From NCBI GenBank assembly GCA_965112155.1, contig OZ218099.1: 64,000 bases of DNA; one strand, 5' to 3'. Each line of letters begins with the position of its first letter. Positions within the stretch are counted from its first letter, which is position 1. Below, in pieces: positions 61,694 through 64,000 of the stretch. Below the pieces are notes generated by a model. That model was given only the letters and a program-made list of their open reading frames with translations. It ran no database searches and was not told the origin of the DNA. A program made the translations under genes and the position numbers. This DNA is from Podarcis liolepis. Taxonomy: Eukaryota.

Positions 61694-62764
61694 CTACAAA
61701 AGACAATGAAATAAAAAGCAAATGGCACTTAGGTATTATAGGGTCACAAGAAAACCAAGTGTGCATTAAATAGTATGCTTATACACAAAATGAATAGTGA
61801 AATGCACTGGAAAGCTACATGTCATAAAGCAAACAAAAAAGAAATAGCCCAATACACCCAAAATACATATACAACAATATTCATGAGTGTATACAACTTA
61901 CGCATTTTTCTAAATAGTCAGCATGCATTACTTTAAAAAGTTGTACAATTCTGCACAACAAATTATATACAGTGTGCATTTTAGATAACACAACAAAGCC
62001 AGTGGGATGTTTAATCCACTGGCAGCAGATATTTTCTGTAAAAGCAATAAAAGGCACACTGAAATAGTTCAAGTGCAACATTAAGTGCATGGATCCATCT
62101 ACATAAAGATAATGAATACAATCTTTTACAACTCTTAGGTTGCAATCCTATATATGCTTGACTAAGAGAAAGTCCCATTAAACTCAACAGGGCTTACCTC
62201 TAAGTAGACATGTATAGGACTGTACTGTTAGAAAACAAAACAAAATCAACTATGCTTCAGTATATAAAAAGTTCTGACTTCCTTCATGTGTTGATATATA
62301 GGATTAGTTCACTAGTCTTAGAGCGATGCTGAAGGAGCATAAATTGTTTTCAAACATGAAAAAAAGAACAGAATAAAATTTCAAATTTGAGGGGGGAAAT
62401 GATTTGTTGATATGTTTCATAAAACAATTTCTGCTTTAAAGGAACTGAAAGATTAAGTAAGGGATCCCAGGAAATAAAATCCTTGCTAATGTCCCTTAAA
62501 AAATTTGTATCTACATCTCTCTTAAGGGCTTTTTAGCTGTCTGCTTAGCTGCTATCAGGATAAGTATAGTCACCATAATTTCCAGTGCAATTCTTCTACT
62601 TGAATGCTAAGTTTAAAGAATATGGAATGGTACCACAACAAAACGCTGATTGACCCACTTGTACCTGCTTCCCACCGAGTACAAAAATGCCTTTAAGGAA
62701 TCACCGTCTTGAAATAAAAGATGCCGGGTTTAAAAAACACAAACCAAGCATGTCCTCATGTTGT

Positions 62765-62960
62765 GAGCATATTAAGCTGCCCTATGCAGAGTCGGACCAT
62801 TGGTTGTCCATCTAGCAGATTAATAACCCCTCTGACTGGTAGCAGCTCTCCAAGGTCTCAAGCAGAGGTATTTCCCAGCCCTGCTGGTTGGAATGCTTTA
62901 ACTGAACCTGGAACCTGATGCAGGCAAGGCATGTGCCTCTGTAAGTAAGTTATGGCTCTT
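62765..62960 (-). mobile_element. Squam2-like tRNA-derived SINE, degraded
   Basis: Minus strand reads GAGCCATA..GAGGCACATGC..TGCATCAGGTTCCAGGTTCA..GGAGAGCTGCT.CCAGTCAG..CTAGATGGAC.A..GGTC.GACTC..ATAGGGCAGCTT. Confidence 0.6.
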
Positions 62961-63048
62961 CAGAAGGCAGCAGGTAAAGGGGTAATTTGAAAGCAACCAT
63001 AACCATGAAAAAATGTAGATAACTGAATGTATGGCGAGCCATACTTAC

Positions 63049-63114
63049 CCTCCCCTTCTGTCTGCAGATGCATTGTTTTGAAATCAATGAGGGGAAAAGT
63101 GATAGGGCATGGTG
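63049..63114 (-). CDS. FAM13B: FAM13B 66-nt symmetric exon (APCPITFPLIDFKTMHLQTEGE), probably a cassette
   Basis: TTAG acceptor, G|GTAAGT donor, phase 1/1; resembles the mammalian FAM13B segment CPITFPLIDFKTMHLQ. Confidence 0.85.
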
Positions 63115-64000
63115 CTAATAAATGAAAAAATGGCAAAAAATACTGAAGTGAACACATCGCACAGTTAGAACAAACCATACATAACATGTAGGAAGTACAG
63201 CACAAGGAAAGTCTTCCAACTGAGTGGGCCAGGTGTGAGCACTCCATTCCCAATGATGTGGGACAGTTGAAGGTGCCCAGCACCACTCAAGATTAGGCCC
63301 TTTATTAATTAAAAGCCTTTCCAGAAGGGTTGGATCAGAGGTGACAAACAAAAAGCCACATGCTTTCCCATGTTTTAGCAAAACACGTTTTTAAAGGAAG
63401 AGGATTTCCACACAAGACAGTTTTTGCTCATATTTTTAAAGACAGTAATAGCAATTCAAAATGCAGGGAAATAATTAAATTATTTGTGCACTCAATACAT
63501 GCATTTGTTTAATTAGAATGATAAATGTTAATACTAGTTGAAGCAGATTTTTTAATCACAACATACTAAGCAGACCTCACTCTGCAAACCAATGAAGTAG
63601 ACCAGGATCCCACGGGCTTACACAGGAAATCCAACTAGTCTAACATAAAAAGTTTAGCATACTAGAATTCTAATTGATTTCGAGAGAACAGAGAATGACC
63701 AGATTTAGTCCAGGGTCCAAAGGACCATGCAAGACCTTCCAAGAGCGCAAAGGAGGTACAGAGTACAGCAGCAACATAATAAGAAATCCTACTTGCCACG
63801 TGTTTTCTTCTAAAAGCAACCTGAGATGCTGACATTCCTACCATAACAAAGGACTGTTGTTGCTTTTAAAGCAGATATTTGGGCACAAAGAACACTTCTT
63901 ATGCTTAGATTCAGGAAAAAAATGGGGATGGAAGCTATCACCTATGTAGGAAGTAATTCTATGTTGGGATTAATATTGGTACACATCCACACACTGGCTC

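Overview
Eukaryotic, intron-rich vertebrate DNA. It is a squamate reptile and most likely a lacertid lizard, judged from Sauria/Squam SINEs, L2 and CR1 LINE fragments and abundant Tc1/mariner and hAT MITEs. The window holds the conserved MYOT-PKD2L2-FAM13B block. (1) The last 8 coding exons of myotilin (MYOT, + strand, 1629-13421; start exon is upstream of the window). (2) An apparently complete PKD2L2 TRPP channel gene (+ strand, ATG 18518 to TGA 43584; 14 predicted coding exons, 1881 nt, 626 aa) with a CpG-rich promoter. (3) The last 11 coding exons and 3' UTR of FAM13B (- strand, 63114 to 48680), convergent with PKD2L2. All exon boundaries were placed by GT-AG sites and checked for frame continuity. 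Most other ORFs in the track are spurious or transposon-derived. There is a 157-nt assembly gap at 35850-36006. The best second-look items are a ~115-bp TSD-flanked Penelope-derived insert carrying a complete minimal hammerhead ribozyme core (16451-16488), a palindrome holding AATAAA on both strands between the convergent genes, frame-compatible alternative splice routes in the PKD2L2 C-terminus, a perfect RFX X-box palindrome, and a Tyr-corner-to-Trp change in myotilin Ig1. No wholly new gene system can be supported from sequence alone.
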